This document shows positions 48,051-58,804 of a stretch of 64,000 nt of DNA, piece by piece. This DNA comes from Phycisphaerales bacterium (GTDB lineage Bacteria; Planctomycetota; Phycisphaerae; WQYP01). Every line of letters starts with the position of its first letter. The first letter of the stretch is position 1. A program made the translations under genes and the position numbers. The stretch lies in assembly GCA_027451365.1 (NCBI GenBank), contig DAIDJN010000018.1, positions 1 to 64,000 on the forward strand, written 5' to 3'. The notes beneath the pieces are model-generated. The model did no database searches, was not told the origin of the DNA, and worked only from the letters and a program-made list of their open reading frames with translations.

Positions 48051-48754
48051 GGAACATCACCCGTAAAATCAAGAGTCATCTCCAGTCCGTGGCCAGTGTC
48101 CAGAATGGTCAGACGTCCGGGCTGAAAACTTTTGTGATAGCGGCTGTACCGAATAATGACCCGACCGGCTTTCGACGTCAGGCGGGTCAGCGCAAGATGT
48201 CCCGCGGTGCCGGTAAAATAAAGCGCCCCATGCCAATTGCCGGACCCTGTGACGCGGATTTGAGCGTCGTGGCGATGAAGGGAAATGACTGGTGAAGACC
48301 GGGCGGCCACGGCTGGCGCGGCCAGCGCCATATACAGGTCATTTCCCAACGCAATTGCAAGCGTTTGGGGAAATTCCGCAGCCATATGCCGAATAATGGT
48401 GTGGCCTTTTAGTCGCTGCAGTTGAACCGCCAGCGTTCCCAATTCCGTTAAGGCCACGAAATTAAAATGAGGCGAAGGTGTTGTGATCCACTGCCCCACC
48501 AGATTTATCCGGTGACCATGCACACGCAACGTTGCAAATATAGACCGTTTGAAATGCGTTTGTAATTGCTGGAGTGAAAGGATGACCGCATCGCCAGAAG
48601 GTGCCACGCCGCGGAACACCGCCCGCGGCGGTGTGCGCCAATTCGCGCATCCCGCCAGTACCAGCGACAATACCACGCCAATGGCCGGAAGCATCCTTGA
48701 AAGGACCGGCACCTTGGTTGTAATGGCAGCGCGATCAATGGCATTATGATTCAT
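48047..48754 (-). CDS. Lipoprotein (DUF3261-like)
   Basis: Lipobox VLAGC; FVALTELGTL; operon context. Confidence 0.55.
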   Translation of the reverse strand: MNHNAIDRAAITTKVPVLSRMLPAIGVVLSLVLAGCANWRTPPRAVFRGVAPSGDAVILSLQQLQTHFKRSIFATLRVHGHRINLVGQWITTPSPHFNFVALTELGTLAVQLQRLKGHTIIRHMAAEFPQTLAIALGNDLYMALAAPAVAARSSPVISLHRHDAQIRVTGSGNWHGALYFTGTAGHLALTRLTSKAGRVIIRYSRYHKSFQPGRLTILDTGHGLEMTLDFTGDVP

Positions 48755-51700
48755 TTGGCACCATTCCTGGCATTGCGGCCGGCCGCGGCCAGAGCTTTGC
48801 GTAAAGAGGCCCGCCGCGCCGCATAAGGGGGATCCAGCCGCAGGGCATGGGCAAGGTCAGCGGCTGCGGCCGCGTATTTCCGCTGCGCCAGTTCGGCGCG
48901 CCCGCGCAACGAATATCCGCCGAAAAAGAACGGATTTTCATGAATTGCCATAGTGGCCAGGGCGGCGGCCTGCGCAAAGCGGCCCGCAGCCAGGGCGGCA
49001 TAACCGGCCACAAGATGTGCGCGCGATCGCAAAAACAACTTTTCGTGGCCACTGGTCAGGAAGTGATCTGCCGGAATAATGGGCAGTGGTGGCCCCGCGC
49101 CCACAACGGTGGTTGGGCCGCGGAGCGCTGGCATTGCCCGGAAGCCGACATAATTTCCTTCGGCAAATGGAAACGCGGCAACCCAGATATTTCCCGCTGT
49201 AAGGTCCATAATCACACTGTGCGTGGTAATAAGGCCGTCAATGCTGTTGCGATTTCCCCAGCCGATATTGCGGCCATGCGGTCCGCGCTTGTCGCGCAGG
49301 AGAGCGGCCATGGAAAATTCATTTACATGACCCTTAAGACCGCGGATAAGACGCGTAGCGCGTCGCAGCCGCCAGTTGGAGGTCGAGTTTTTAATGCGTG
49401 CCAGATTCACCGGATCCTGCGCGAATACCGGGCATTCCAACTGATTGGCCACGGCGGTGAAGCCATGGATATATCGCCATGCGAAATGAGCCGGAGATAT
49501 TTCCAGGACCGCCGCGCGACCGTTGCGACCATTTCCTACCACAATAATATTGGACACAAATACATGGGCGGCACGAAATATTTCAATGGCCTGATGAATG
49601 CTGGCCGCGTGCTGCAACACCTGGCGTGCGACAATGATTGTCGGCTCGCCCACTGGACGGAAACTCGCCGATGCGGCCGCGTTAATAAACAGGCCAATAT
49701 GCTTTTCGTTCATGCCGCTGACACAACCGGCCAGCCCCGGCCACGCCACGGTGGCAAAAGCATAACCATGACGCGGCTTTACAAAAGTGATCGATTTCTG
49801 ATGATTAAAGGCCGGTCCGCATTCAAAATCAAAGTTCCGGCCCAGCCACAGATGCCCATCCCCGGACCAGGCGGGCGTTGCGACCACGCCGGTGCAACCG
49901 ACCGCGTGACGATCAATCAGGGGATTGTCCACCAGATTCTGCGAAATATCGTCCAGGGCATGATAGGCCAGCAGTCGCGGATATAGAGGCATCAGATAGC
50001 CATGTTCATCCGGGTGGGCTTGCGCCTCAGCGTAAAGTTCGCGCTTAATATCGGCAGGAATATACTGCGGCAGAAAAAGCATATCCATGCCGATGGCCCG
50101 CAAAAGGAACCAGCGAACAAATAAGTTTGGTGCCAGCGCGTCCATGCGATCAAGCATTTGGTTTTCAATGCGCAGGTCCATGGGAGCGCCCAGTGCGGAA
50201 GCCTCGTATCCTATCTGTTCCGACGTGCCGCCAATGTGCATATCCCATACGCCATGGTCACGACGTATGCGGGCCGGACCGCAGGTCCACGCCTGCGCCC
50301 CGGTCTGCACCACGGGCCAGTGCGGAATCGGCCCCAAATGCGCGGGCTTTTCATGAAACATGATGACCTGAGCGGCTATAAGCGCCGCCAGTGCCAGAAG
50401 CATCAGCAGCCCCGCCAGCCGCCAGAAACCGGCTATCAGAAAAAACACAACACGATCGAGCCGATGCGTCCGCAGACGGAAAATCAAGCGGGTCATTGGG
50501 CTGACCAGGAAATAGGACGCCAGATAGCCGCCCGCGATGCCCGCCGCGAGTGTAAGCCCGATTCCCCGCAGCGCCGGATGCCCCGCAACCAGCATCGCCG
50601 CGGTTCCCAGAAATGTCGTCAAGGCACATAAAAATGTGGCGGCGTTGCGATTGCCACCCGCGGCCATAGGGTTTCGCCAAGCTGGGTCGCTTGCGGAATA
50701 AATGCCGTAGTCCACCGCAACTCCCATCATAAACAGCAGCGGAACCAGGCTCAGCAGGTTCAACCCGCCAGCGAACCATTGTGCCGCCCCCAGGAGCCAG
50801 ATAAATCCGACCAGCATGGAAATCGCGGAGACACATGTCAAATCAATGCGGCGAAAGAACAGCAGCATGGGCAGCAGAATCAGAAGTGCCACCCAGGGAA
50901 ACAGATTTTCCGCCTCGGCCTGGGCGCGGGCGGTGGCATTATAGAACAACAAATCGCCGGATAATATGGCCGCCCCAGGCTGGCGAAGGCGCAGTTCCCC
51001 GGCCCAATCGGTCCGCATGCGGGGCGACAGGCCACTGTTAAGCTGAACCTCTGCGGCGAGGTTAATGCGGGTGGTGCGTCCCGCGGACGTCTGAAGGTCA
51101 ACCGGGCCTGGAATAAGCCGCGCTGGAGATTCCCGCAAACGCTCAAGCGGACCGGGAATTTCAGGTAATTTGGCAATGGCGGCCACGCGATTGGAAAACG
51201 CGGCAGGCCGAAATCCATTGGCTGCGGCGGCGGTTGCCAGGCGATTTTCAACGGCAAGCTGGCGTGCGGGAGTCCAGAAGTTTCGCCATCGGGTCAGTCG
51301 GCGTCCAACGATTGTCGAATCGGGCAGCAGGAAGCCCGGCGACTGAAAAGATGAAATCAGACCGTCCTTGCGGAATTCGGTTAGCGCCTGATCCAGCCGA
51401 TGAAGCGCGGCCATAGCCTTGTCCGCATGACGATTTGACACGATTACCACAGCGCGGTGCCGAAGGTTTCCCCAGGTCTGAAAAAATTCATGCTCCTGCC
51501 GACGCAACGCGGCACCCACGCCATCCAGTGATCGGCCGTGCCGGTTGTAAGCCACATGCGCGGCATGAAAAAGCAGAACTCCGGTCAGAAGAACAAATGC
51601 AACTGCGGAACTGCGGCGAAGCCATCGGCCAGCGCCGGCCGGGAAGGCCCACCGGGCGTTATTTCTGACGGAAGCTTTTGCCAGAACCCACGGTCCAAAA

Positions 51701-52995
51701 AATGCCGGCAGAATAAGGAAGGTGACACACCAGATGCACACCGTGGCTGCCGCCACAAAAAGCCCCAGTCCGCGGAGTCCCGGCGCGGAACTGAACATAA
51801 TTGCCGAATAACCGGTGACACTGGTTATGACGCTAAGCGAAATCGGGCCTAGCATAGCACGGGCGGCCGCGCCACTGTGTGTCGGCAGGAATTTGCCATT
51901 TTCGCGGGTGGCGCGATTCAACGCGGCCAGCAACTGAATGCCGTAATCTGTGGTGGATCCACAGATCAGTCCCGCAAACGCCAGCACCAGCAAGGGCAGG
52001 TGAAGATGCAGCAGTCCGGCGATTCCCAACGCGGTTCCCACACCCATGACGGGAGGAATCATGCAGATAAGCAATGTGGAAATGCGGCGAAAAAACAGCA
52101 GTATGGCGATAGCCACCAGCACCGTTCCCACGATGGAAACCAGGGTGACATCCGCCTTGACCCGCCGCGCATTTTCCACGTAGTTGCGCGCCGGCCCGAT
52201 CAGCCAGACACGCAGTCCGGGCATTCGGCTTTGTTCCCGCGCAACAACTTTATGCACCGCGGCCAACATCTGGGAAGAAGCCACAATATTCTGGGCGGGA
52301 ACTTTTGGCAGAAGAATCAACATGACATGGCGGCGATCCGCCGAAACGATCATGCCATTTTCCATGTGGGCGGCCGGAGCCGGATTCAGCCGGCGCAACT
52401 GACTGCTTAAAATGGCGGAAAGCCCCAATGGATCCGCCGCAAGCTGTGCAGCCTGAAGCTGGCCATCGGGCGCGGCAAGGTCTGCGGCGACGACGGCAAA
52501 ATGCCGGTTCAACCATGCGGCCGCAAGATGATGGCGAAAACTCTGCAGCGCAGATCTGTCCAGCATGACCGGCGCAATGGACATCAGATTCAATTGCGCA
52601 TTCAGCCCGGCTTCCGGCGTAAAACCCGAAAATACACTCTGGAATTGCCCGGTTGCCAACAGCGATTTTTGCAGCGTCCCCGCGGCTTGCGCTGCGTTTC
52701 CACGGTGATTCCGCGCGAAGTGAACGTCCATCCGCATGGCGTTGATCAGAGCCGGATATTGGCGGGTATTGGTCAGGTCATGCACGGTGCGACTGCGCGC
52801 GGAAAAAAACAGCAGCACATTGGTCTGCCACCTGATTCCCCGTGAAGCCAAAGACATCGCAATGCTGATTGCGACAAGAACCAGAATAAGAATCAGCCGT
52901 CGGGCCGCAAGAAAACCGTACCACCTGTTCATGGCTCGCTGCAGCGGTCCGCAGGAGACCAGGCCGGGCGGATCTATGGGCGGGATGTTTTTCAA
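48751..52995 (-). CDS. MMPL/RND-type exporter fused to a C45-family (acyl-CoA:6-APA acyltransferase-like) Ntn hydrolase with TPR tail
   Basis: Two TM bundles with GSTTDYGI and GVAVDYGIY; C-terminal GCTGVV...LGRNFDF...SGMNEKHIG...THSVIMD; 1414-aa uninterrupted ORF. Confidence 0.8.
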   Translation of the reverse strand: MKNIPPIDPPGLVSCGPLQRAMNRWYGFLAARRLILILVLVAISIAMSLASRGIRWQTNVLLFFSARSRTVHDLTNTRQYPALINAMRMDVHFARNHRGNAAQAAGTLQKSLLATGQFQSVFSGFTPEAGLNAQLNLMSIAPVMLDRSALQSFRHHLAAAWLNRHFAVVAADLAAPDGQLQAAQLAADPLGLSAILSSQLRRLNPAPAAHMENGMIVSADRRHVMLILLPKVPAQNIVASSQMLAAVHKVVAREQSRMPGLRVWLIGPARNYVENARRVKADVTLVSIVGTVLVAIAILLFFRRISTLLICMIPPVMGVGTALGIAGLLHLHLPLLVLAFAGLICGSTTDYGIQLLAALNRATRENGKFLPTHSGAAARAMLGPISLSVITSVTGYSAIMFSSAPGLRGLGLFVAAATVCIWCVTFLILPAFFGPWVLAKASVRNNARWAFPAGAGRWLRRSSAVAFVLLTGVLLFHAAHVAYNRHGRSLDGVGAALRRQEHEFFQTWGNLRHRAVVIVSNRHADKAMAALHRLDQALTEFRKDGLISSFQSPGFLLPDSTIVGRRLTRWRNFWTPARQLAVENRLATAAAANGFRPAAFSNRVAAIAKLPEIPGPLERLRESPARLIPGPVDLQTSAGRTTRINLAAEVQLNSGLSPRMRTDWAGELRLRQPGAAILSGDLLFYNATARAQAEAENLFPWVALLILLPMLLFFRRIDLTCVSAISMLVGFIWLLGAAQWFAGGLNLLSLVPLLFMMGVAVDYGIYSASDPAWRNPMAAGGNRNAATFLCALTTFLGTAAMLVAGHPALRGIGLTLAAGIAGGYLASYFLVSPMTRLIFRLRTHRLDRVVFFLIAGFWRLAGLLMLLALAALIAAQVIMFHEKPAHLGPIPHWPVVQTGAQAWTCGPARIRRDHGVWDMHIGGTSEQIGYEASALGAPMDLRIENQMLDRMDALAPNLFVRWFLLRAIGMDMLFLPQYIPADIKRELYAEAQAHPDEHGYLMPLYPRLLAYHALDDISQNLVDNPLIDRHAVGCTGVVATPAWSGDGHLWLGRNFDFECGPAFNHQKSITFVKPRHGYAFATVAWPGLAGCVSGMNEKHIGLFINAAASASFRPVGEPTIIVARQVLQHAASIHQAIEIFRAAHVFVSNIIVVGNGRNGRAAVLEISPAHFAWRYIHGFTAVANQLECPVFAQDPVNLARIKNSTSNWRLRRATRLIRGLKGHVNEFSMAALLRDKRGPHGRNIGWGNRNSIDGLITTHSVIMDLTAGNIWVAAFPFAEGNYVGFRAMPALRGPTTVVGAGPPLPIIPADHFLTSGHEKLFLRSRAHLVAGYAALAAGRFAQAAALATMAIHENPFFFGGYSLRGRAELAQRKYAAAAADLAHALRLDPPYAARRASLRKALAAAGRNARNGAK

Positions 52996-53741
52996 GGCGA
53001 TCCTGTCGGCTTAAAATAATTCGCCGGTAACGGCGGATTCTTTTCCTGCTTATATAACCAATATACCGTGGCATCACCGGTTACCTGGTGAATGGCGATA
53101 TACACCAGCCGACTGGAATGCCGCGCAAAACCCAGTTGCAGATTCCGGATGGCCTTGGACAATATTCCCCGTCGCGGAACCAGTGTAAACACGATGCGCG
53201 TGGGAGCGGTTTTTTGCGGGCGGGATCGTCGCCGCGGCCCTGTTACAGGCCGTATCCGAAGCGCTGACATCGCATAGGAAATGCGATACTCTTTCCCCAG
53301 ACGCCCAACGTGTCCCAGTGACCATTGGGCCAATTGCCCCATGATGAAGCCAAGGGATTTACTCCGCGAGGGATCCGCCTTGTGCCAACGGCGGTTGGTC
53401 TGACTGCGTAAATATATATGATTTCCGGTCAGAATGACTGTCGATCGATATGGCTTCCGGGTGGCAAACCGTACATTGTCCGGCCGCCCAATCGCCAGGA
53501 TGCCGGAACTGATAAACGGCTGCCGCAGAACCGCCAGACGTTTTTCACACACAAACTTGGCCCGCCAGGTATGAAGCTTCCGCATGACAATCATTTTGCT
53601 GCGCAGGTGAGCCGCAGCGTTGCCCTGATTTGTCGCGGGAACCGCGGCGGCATTGCCGCTTGCGGGCAAAACCGTCGCCATTATGACGACAATTCGCCAC
53701 AACCCGCTAAAAACATAACGCATACCCTGTGCCCGCCGCAT
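52992..53741 (-). CDS. LolA-like lipoprotein carrier protein
   Basis: AKFVCEKRLAVLRQPFISSG...PDNVRF...KPY...LVP...GDATVY. Confidence 0.75.
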   Translation of the reverse strand: MRRAQGMRYVFSGLWRIVVIMATVLPASGNAAAVPATNQGNAAAHLRSKMIVMRKLHTWRAKFVCEKRLAVLRQPFISSGILAIGRPDNVRFATRKPYRSTVILTGNHIYLRSQTNRRWHKADPSRSKSLGFIMGQLAQWSLGHVGRLGKEYRISYAMSALRIRPVTGPRRRSRPQKTAPTRIVFTLVPRRGILSKAIRNLQLGFARHSSRLVYIAIHQVTGDATVYWLYKQEKNPPLPANYFKPTGSP

Positions 53742-53927
53742 ATCATTTGCCCACCCGCCAATCTTGGGGCGGTCTAATCTGCATTGTACCGCGGGTTGAC
53801 TGCGGAGGCATCATGAATTGAAACTCTCAATTAAAATAAAGATGCAGTGCCCCATTCAGCGTTGCCCAAACCGCCGCAGTTCGCGGCTTGCTGACATTCT
53901 AATCAGGCGGCGAAATTCGCCCGGAAT

Positions 53928-55655
53928 TTATTTCTTAGCAGCGGGCGCGTAGGCCGTTGGATTGGTAATCGTGTTGTGACCAAGCTGAATGGGTCCGCAA
54001 TTCCGGACCGCAATTGCTGGCGGCCGACGATCGCCCGTGGCCGAAAGCAAAGGCGGCCCCGTAAATGTGTTGTCCGCTACCTGGCCACTGCCGGTCCATT
54101 GCATGAAAATATCGCCGGCAAAATTGGAAACAAAAGTGTTATGTCGAATGACAATATCGCTGTTGCCGACAGCGCCATCGCCATGCACATATACGGCGGA
54201 AAAATAGCCGCCATGACCGCCTTTACCGTCGCGAATCAGATGGTTGTCTTCGACAATCACATTGTGACAGTAACCGGCCTCATGCCACCAGAATTCCGGC
54301 CCGATGGAAATGCCAGCCATGCCGCAGCCACGAACGGTATTGCCGATGACCAGTCCGTTGGAACCTTTCAGCAACATGCCGCGCGAACGGGTATCGCCAA
54401 GCAGGCAGTCGATGACTCGGTAACCCTGGCCGCAACGGTCCGGATTGGTCACATAACTGCCCACAGGCACGGAAAGATTGTGATTGAGAATGACGGTACT
54501 GGTCTGATCCGAATTTTTTTGAACCGCCAGCACCAGGCCGGTGGCAAAAAAGCCCTCTTTATTTGAAATTTGAATCGGCTGGCCCGCGGTCAGACCGGAA
54601 TTGCGGTTGTCTTTCACACGGATGGTATTTCCCGTGGCGCGTAATACCGTCTGAAATTCGCCATGAATGGCAATGCAGTCGTCCAGAAAGACACCTTTGA
54701 ATACACAATGCTCGATATCGGTTCCAGGATTTGCGCCCACGGAGTGAAAGCCATCCGCCTGATTGGTCACCACAGGGCTTTCCGTTGCGCCGGCCGGTTT
54801 AGGCCCGAGAACCCAATGACAGTAAAGAAGATGATTGCCGCCGCCGCCAGCTTCAAAAATGGGGGCGAAACCGTTGCGCATCAGGGTGACGTGCTGAATT
54901 GTACAATTGTGGCTGTGGTCCAGAAGAATCTTATTCCGCGGGTTCCCCCAGCGCGCCACCAGCCAGTCGCCGACCTTGAATTTCGGCCTTTTCATGCGGA
55001 AAAACAGCCTAAATACGCCATGCGCTTCCGCCGAATGAATTGCTGTGCCTATATCCGGGCTGCCGACGCGCAGGTGACGGGTTCTTCCGTTCACCACATC
55101 GAAGCCGGTGGGAAAATGTTTGTCGCCGATTTTCGGCTCCGGATAGCCGGCATCCGGTTTCCAGTCCAGATTGTAACCGCCGCTTGCCGGGGTGATCTGA
55201 ATGATCCGACCCTGATAAAACGTGACACGTGTCTGAGAAATGGTGGGACCATCCAGAATGACATTGCGGCAATGGTCCAGATCAAAACAGACACCGGCAT
55301 GCGCAACCCGCATGATCAGTTCAACTTGTTTTGCTGAAATGCAGATATTTTGCCAGTGTTTCAGATGAAAGGTCGGGTGACCGGTAGCTGGCAGATGATA
55401 GACGCCCGGATTTATGACTATTTCATGAGCGCCGGCGGCATAAGCTTTTTGCACAGCCACGGACAAGGCACCTGGATGATGCGGATCACCCACATGAACG
55501 ATGTATGGGACCGCGGCCGTGACGCTTGTGCCAATTGCTGCAACAAGCGTTACGAGCAGCACCCGAAACAGCACACAGAATAGCTGCGCCGGCAATCGGA
55601 GGCCGGTCGATTGCCCGGAAGCATCGCGGCTGGCACCGTTCAAAAATTGAGGCAT
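53928..55655 (-). CDS. Secreted right-handed beta-helix protein (GH110-like candidate)
   Basis: Signal peptide; TNQADGFHS...DDCIAIHG...RSRGMLLK...WWHEAGY beta-helix repeats. Confidence 0.65.
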   Translation of the reverse strand: MPQFLNGASRDASGQSTGLRLPAQLFCVLFRVLLVTLVAAIGTSVTAAVPYIVHVGDPHHPGALSVAVQKAYAAGAHEIVINPGVYHLPATGHPTFHLKHWQNICISAKQVELIMRVAHAGVCFDLDHCRNVILDGPTISQTRVTFYQGRIIQITPASGGYNLDWKPDAGYPEPKIGDKHFPTGFDVVNGRTRHLRVGSPDIGTAIHSAEAHGVFRLFFRMKRPKFKVGDWLVARWGNPRNKILLDHSHNCTIQHVTLMRNGFAPIFEAGGGGNHLLYCHWVLGPKPAGATESPVVTNQADGFHSVGANPGTDIEHCVFKGVFLDDCIAIHGEFQTVLRATGNTIRVKDNRNSGLTAGQPIQISNKEGFFATGLVLAVQKNSDQTSTVILNHNLSVPVGSYVTNPDRCGQGYRVIDCLLGDTRSRGMLLKGSNGLVIGNTVRGCGMAGISIGPEFWWHEAGYCHNVIVEDNHLIRDGKGGHGGYFSAVYVHGDGAVGNSDIVIRHNTFVSNFAGDIFMQWTGSGQVADNTFTGPPLLSATGDRRPPAIAVRNCGPIQLGHNTITNPTAYAPAAKK

Positions 55656-55763
55656 TCGTATTTTCCTTTCCTGCTGACCCGGCGGCGGCGTGAAGGCCGT
55701 GGATAATTGCCTGCGGTCTATTGACTTTTCGACACGCATTTTCCAACACAACAATTGGAATCT

Positions 55764-56891
55764 TTAATGCGCCGCGGGCAATGGCACTGCCCGCGGGCCG
55801 AGTGTGGGGCTGTCGTGCCCCACTTTTCCGTCAGGCGCAAGAATAAGCGGGTCTATGCCGAGCAGCCCATTGTATCGCCGCGACTTTTCAATACGGTAAC
55901 TGAACCACGGGCGGTTGTCCGGCCCCTGAAACAGAGCAAGATGGCCGCCCCAAAAAACGGTCCCACGCGGATCTTTTTTCCATGGCCCCATGATACTCCG
56001 GGCGTAGGCACACCCGGTGCGATATCCATACAGTTTTGGATATTTCGGATTGAGCTTATTGTACGGTTCGGCATAAAACAGATAATAAAGATTGCCGATT
56101 CGGGTGGTCCACGGGCCTTCCACATAAGTCGTCGAAACAGGCAGACCAATGTCTTTATTGCTGCACGTGACGGCCAGCACGCGTTTGCCGATAAAGGAAA
56201 TTTTGTGCTGCGCCATGTCGCTTAAATCCACCTGCTGGATGTACATGTTGCCCAGCGGGAAAATGTCGTACACTTTTCCGTCGGTATTCTGAAATAAATC
56301 GCTGTCGCAACCCGAACCGCCAGGCAACAAGGACGTGTGCCGGTAAGGACCAGTGACTTTGTTAGCCACGCCCACGTAGGTCCAGTAGCCGAAGCGATCT
56401 CCCGGATTGTATTTCTTTGCAATCCAGTTGGATGCACCGAAAATAATATAAAATTTTCCGTTGATCTGATGAATTTCCGGCGCCCAGAACTGATTCTTAT
56501 AGGGACAATTGTCCGGAAGTTTTGCCGACTGGTAAAGCCACGGTCCGGGTTTCCAGTGCATTAAATCGGTTGAGGAATAAATGCGGATGCCCGGCGAGCT
56601 GTTCTGGTTCGGTTTGGACAAATCCCGTGCGGTCCAGTTGCCGAATGGATACATGGTAAAGACCAGATAATAGGTGTTTTTAACCCTTATTATGCACGGG
56701 TCTCGGAGGGTATTATCGCCATCAATGCCGGATTTTCCCAGAGGATAAATCGGATTCCGGTATTCAAACACTTTTTGGGCCGGAAATATCTGGTTGGGTT
56801 CAGTACGGGCCGAAGCGGCCGATGCGTGAGCCGGAACAGGTGCAAGAAAAAGCAGCGCCGCAACCAGCACCGCAAAACGCGTTGCCAACAT
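55764..56891 (-). CDS. Glycoside hydrolase family 43-like secreted protein
   Basis: LRDPCII, SSTDLMHW, WAPEIH, DSDLF and VEGPW; AAGGAG SD. Confidence 0.85.
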   Translation of the reverse strand: MLATRFAVLVAALLFLAPVPAHASAASARTEPNQIFPAQKVFEYRNPIYPLGKSGIDGDNTLRDPCIIRVKNTYYLVFTMYPFGNWTARDLSKPNQNSSPGIRIYSSTDLMHWKPGPWLYQSAKLPDNCPYKNQFWAPEIHQINGKFYIIFGASNWIAKKYNPGDRFGYWTYVGVANKVTGPYRHTSLLPGGSGCDSDLFQNTDGKVYDIFPLGNMYIQQVDLSDMAQHKISFIGKRVLAVTCSNKDIGLPVSTTYVEGPWTTRIGNLYYLFYAEPYNKLNPKYPKLYGYRTGCAYARSIMGPWKKDPRGTVFWGGHLALFQGPDNRPWFSYRIEKSRRYNGLLGIDPLILAPDGKVGHDSPTLGPRAVPLPAAH

Positions 56892-57202
56892 GAATATCTC
56901 CTTATCACAGAACGATTATCAGTCCTTGGGGGTAGAAGTTCCAGCGGATGGCTTCCCATCCGACAGTTCCCCCGTGCCAACCGCGCCGCCGCCCTGACCC
57001 GCTGCGTGTCGCAACCGGTTAGCTGTTCATGCTCCGCGAGCCTCTCCGTTTGCCTCCCGCGGCCTCCCCAGTGCCCCAAAAATCACCACGCGGCTTGCAT
57101 TTGGCCATTGGCAGGGCGCGTGGCCCGGGCGGTCCGCAATGGTTTCATCGGACCAACATAGCCGCGCACATAGTTTGCTTATATCTGCATACACCAATGT
57201 AT

Positions 57203-58804
57203 TTAAGCATTCTCACGATGCGGCTCGCCAACTTTCAACATCATGGCACCATGTATGGGGATTTTCGCACTGAAGTTGGCTACTTTGCCCAGGCTCTTGC
57301 GCCGCCACAGGTCACGCACGGCTTGCGATCCGCGTAATGCGAGGGTGCCGCGAGTGCGTACCGGATCCAGCATATCCCATCCTGAAATGTGCAACGTGCG
57401 CGGCTGGTCCCCGCGGTTAAACAATGCCACCGCCGTCGTTCCGTCCCATAGCGGCCTGGCCCAAATTTCCGCATTTCCCTGCCGATCCACACACTGGGCC
57501 TGCATGCCAAGCGCATCCTGATTCACGGCCAGAACTTCGGTGTTGGTTATTAAATCCGTCGTGAACTTATTAAGGTTCTCCAGATCGCAACCCAATAGCA
57601 GCGGGGCCGCCAACATGCACCAGAGCGTAATATGGGTCAACTGCTCATGCGGCGTAAGCTTGGTCCAATGCAGCTTTCCATCTTCAAAATGTCCATACCC
57701 CACCACCAGCATGTCGGGATCATTCCAATGCCCCGGACCGGCAAATGGAAATAAGCGCCCGCCGTGGTCAAAACCGTTGGCACACATGGATTTCCAGGAA
57801 TCGTTGATGTCATAGCTTATGCGGTAACTGTTGCCCCATACCGGCGGATTGCCGCCCCACGTCCAGACATGGCCCATACCATATTGGCACAGACTGAAGA
57901 ATATATCGCGCCCGGATCGACGCAGAGCCTCACCCATGACCGCATAAGGCCGGATGAATTGTTCCAGGTCCGTCAGTTTTGGCACTTCCTGACCATAACT
58001 GCACCAGTCATATTTGAGATAATCCACACCCCACCGCGCATAGGTGTTCGCGTCCTGCACTTCATGTCCGAAACTGCCGGTATGTCCCCCGCAGGTGGTG
58101 GGACCCGGCGAGGAATAAATGCCGAACCGCAGCCCCTGGCGGTGTACATGATCCGCCAGTTTTTTCATGTCACCAAAGGCGGGTGTGGTCTTAATTTCAC
58201 CATCGGCGGTGCGGCCATTCTGCCAGCCATCATCTATGTTAATGTAATTAAACCCTTTGGCCGCCAGACCGCTGCGAACCATTGCATCCGCCGAACCCAT
58301 TGTCCGCTGGGCGGTATTATGAATGTCATAGGCATTCCAGGAATTCCACCCCATCGGCGGCGTAAGCGCCAAGGTGTGATTCGCCGCAACCAGACGCAGA
58401 AAACGGCGGGCCGTGCCATGCTTATTTTCCGCGGTCAGCCGCACGTTGTATTCGCCAGCGCTGATGATTTTCCCTGTGATCAGGCCGTTCGGGGCCATGG
58501 TCAAACCATCCGGCAGGCCATCGGCGGATACCATAAGATTGCCGTCGCCGGTGTGGGGAACCAAAAACCGAAAGTCGCGGCCCGGAGTGGCCCCTACCAC
58601 GCGTGGGCCATGAAATTCCGGCTCCGGAGGATCGCCGCTGGCAATTTCCGGCAGTTCATCAACACCTTTATATTCGGGTATGGAAGCCGCAGCCGAACCG
58701 ATCGCCGTTGCCGCAACTGCCATCCCCCCTGCGGCCATAATGAAGTCGCGGCGGTTGACAAGAATTTTGAGTTCCGGTGGTTGATCCAAGTGGAAACCTT
58801 TCAA
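57203..58804 (-). CDS. GH27 alpha-galactosidase with Ig-like domain, Tat-exported
   Basis: NRRDFIM, LALTPPMGWNSWN, NIDDGWQ, WGVDYLKYDWC and GPGHWNDPDML. Confidence 0.92.
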   Translation of the reverse strand: MKGFHLDQPPELKILVNRRDFIMAAGGMAVAATAIGSAAASIPEYKGVDELPEIASGDPPEPEFHGPRVVGATPGRDFRFLVPHTGDGNLMVSADGLPDGLTMAPNGLITGKIISAGEYNVRLTAENKHGTARRFLRLVAANHTLALTPPMGWNSWNAYDIHNTAQRTMGSADAMVRSGLAAKGFNYINIDDGWQNGRTADGEIKTTPAFGDMKKLADHVHRQGLRFGIYSSPGPTTCGGHTGSFGHEVQDANTYARWGVDYLKYDWCSYGQEVPKLTDLEQFIRPYAVMGEALRRSGRDIFFSLCQYGMGHVWTWGGNPPVWGNSYRISYDINDSWKSMCANGFDHGGRLFPFAGPGHWNDPDMLVVGYGHFEDGKLHWTKLTPHEQLTHITLWCMLAAPLLLGCDLENLNKFTTDLITNTEVLAVNQDALGMQAQCVDRQGNAEIWARPLWDGTTAVALFNRGDQPRTLHISGWDMLDPVRTRGTLALRGSQAVRDLWRRKSLGKVANFSAKIPIHGAMMLKVGEPHRENA

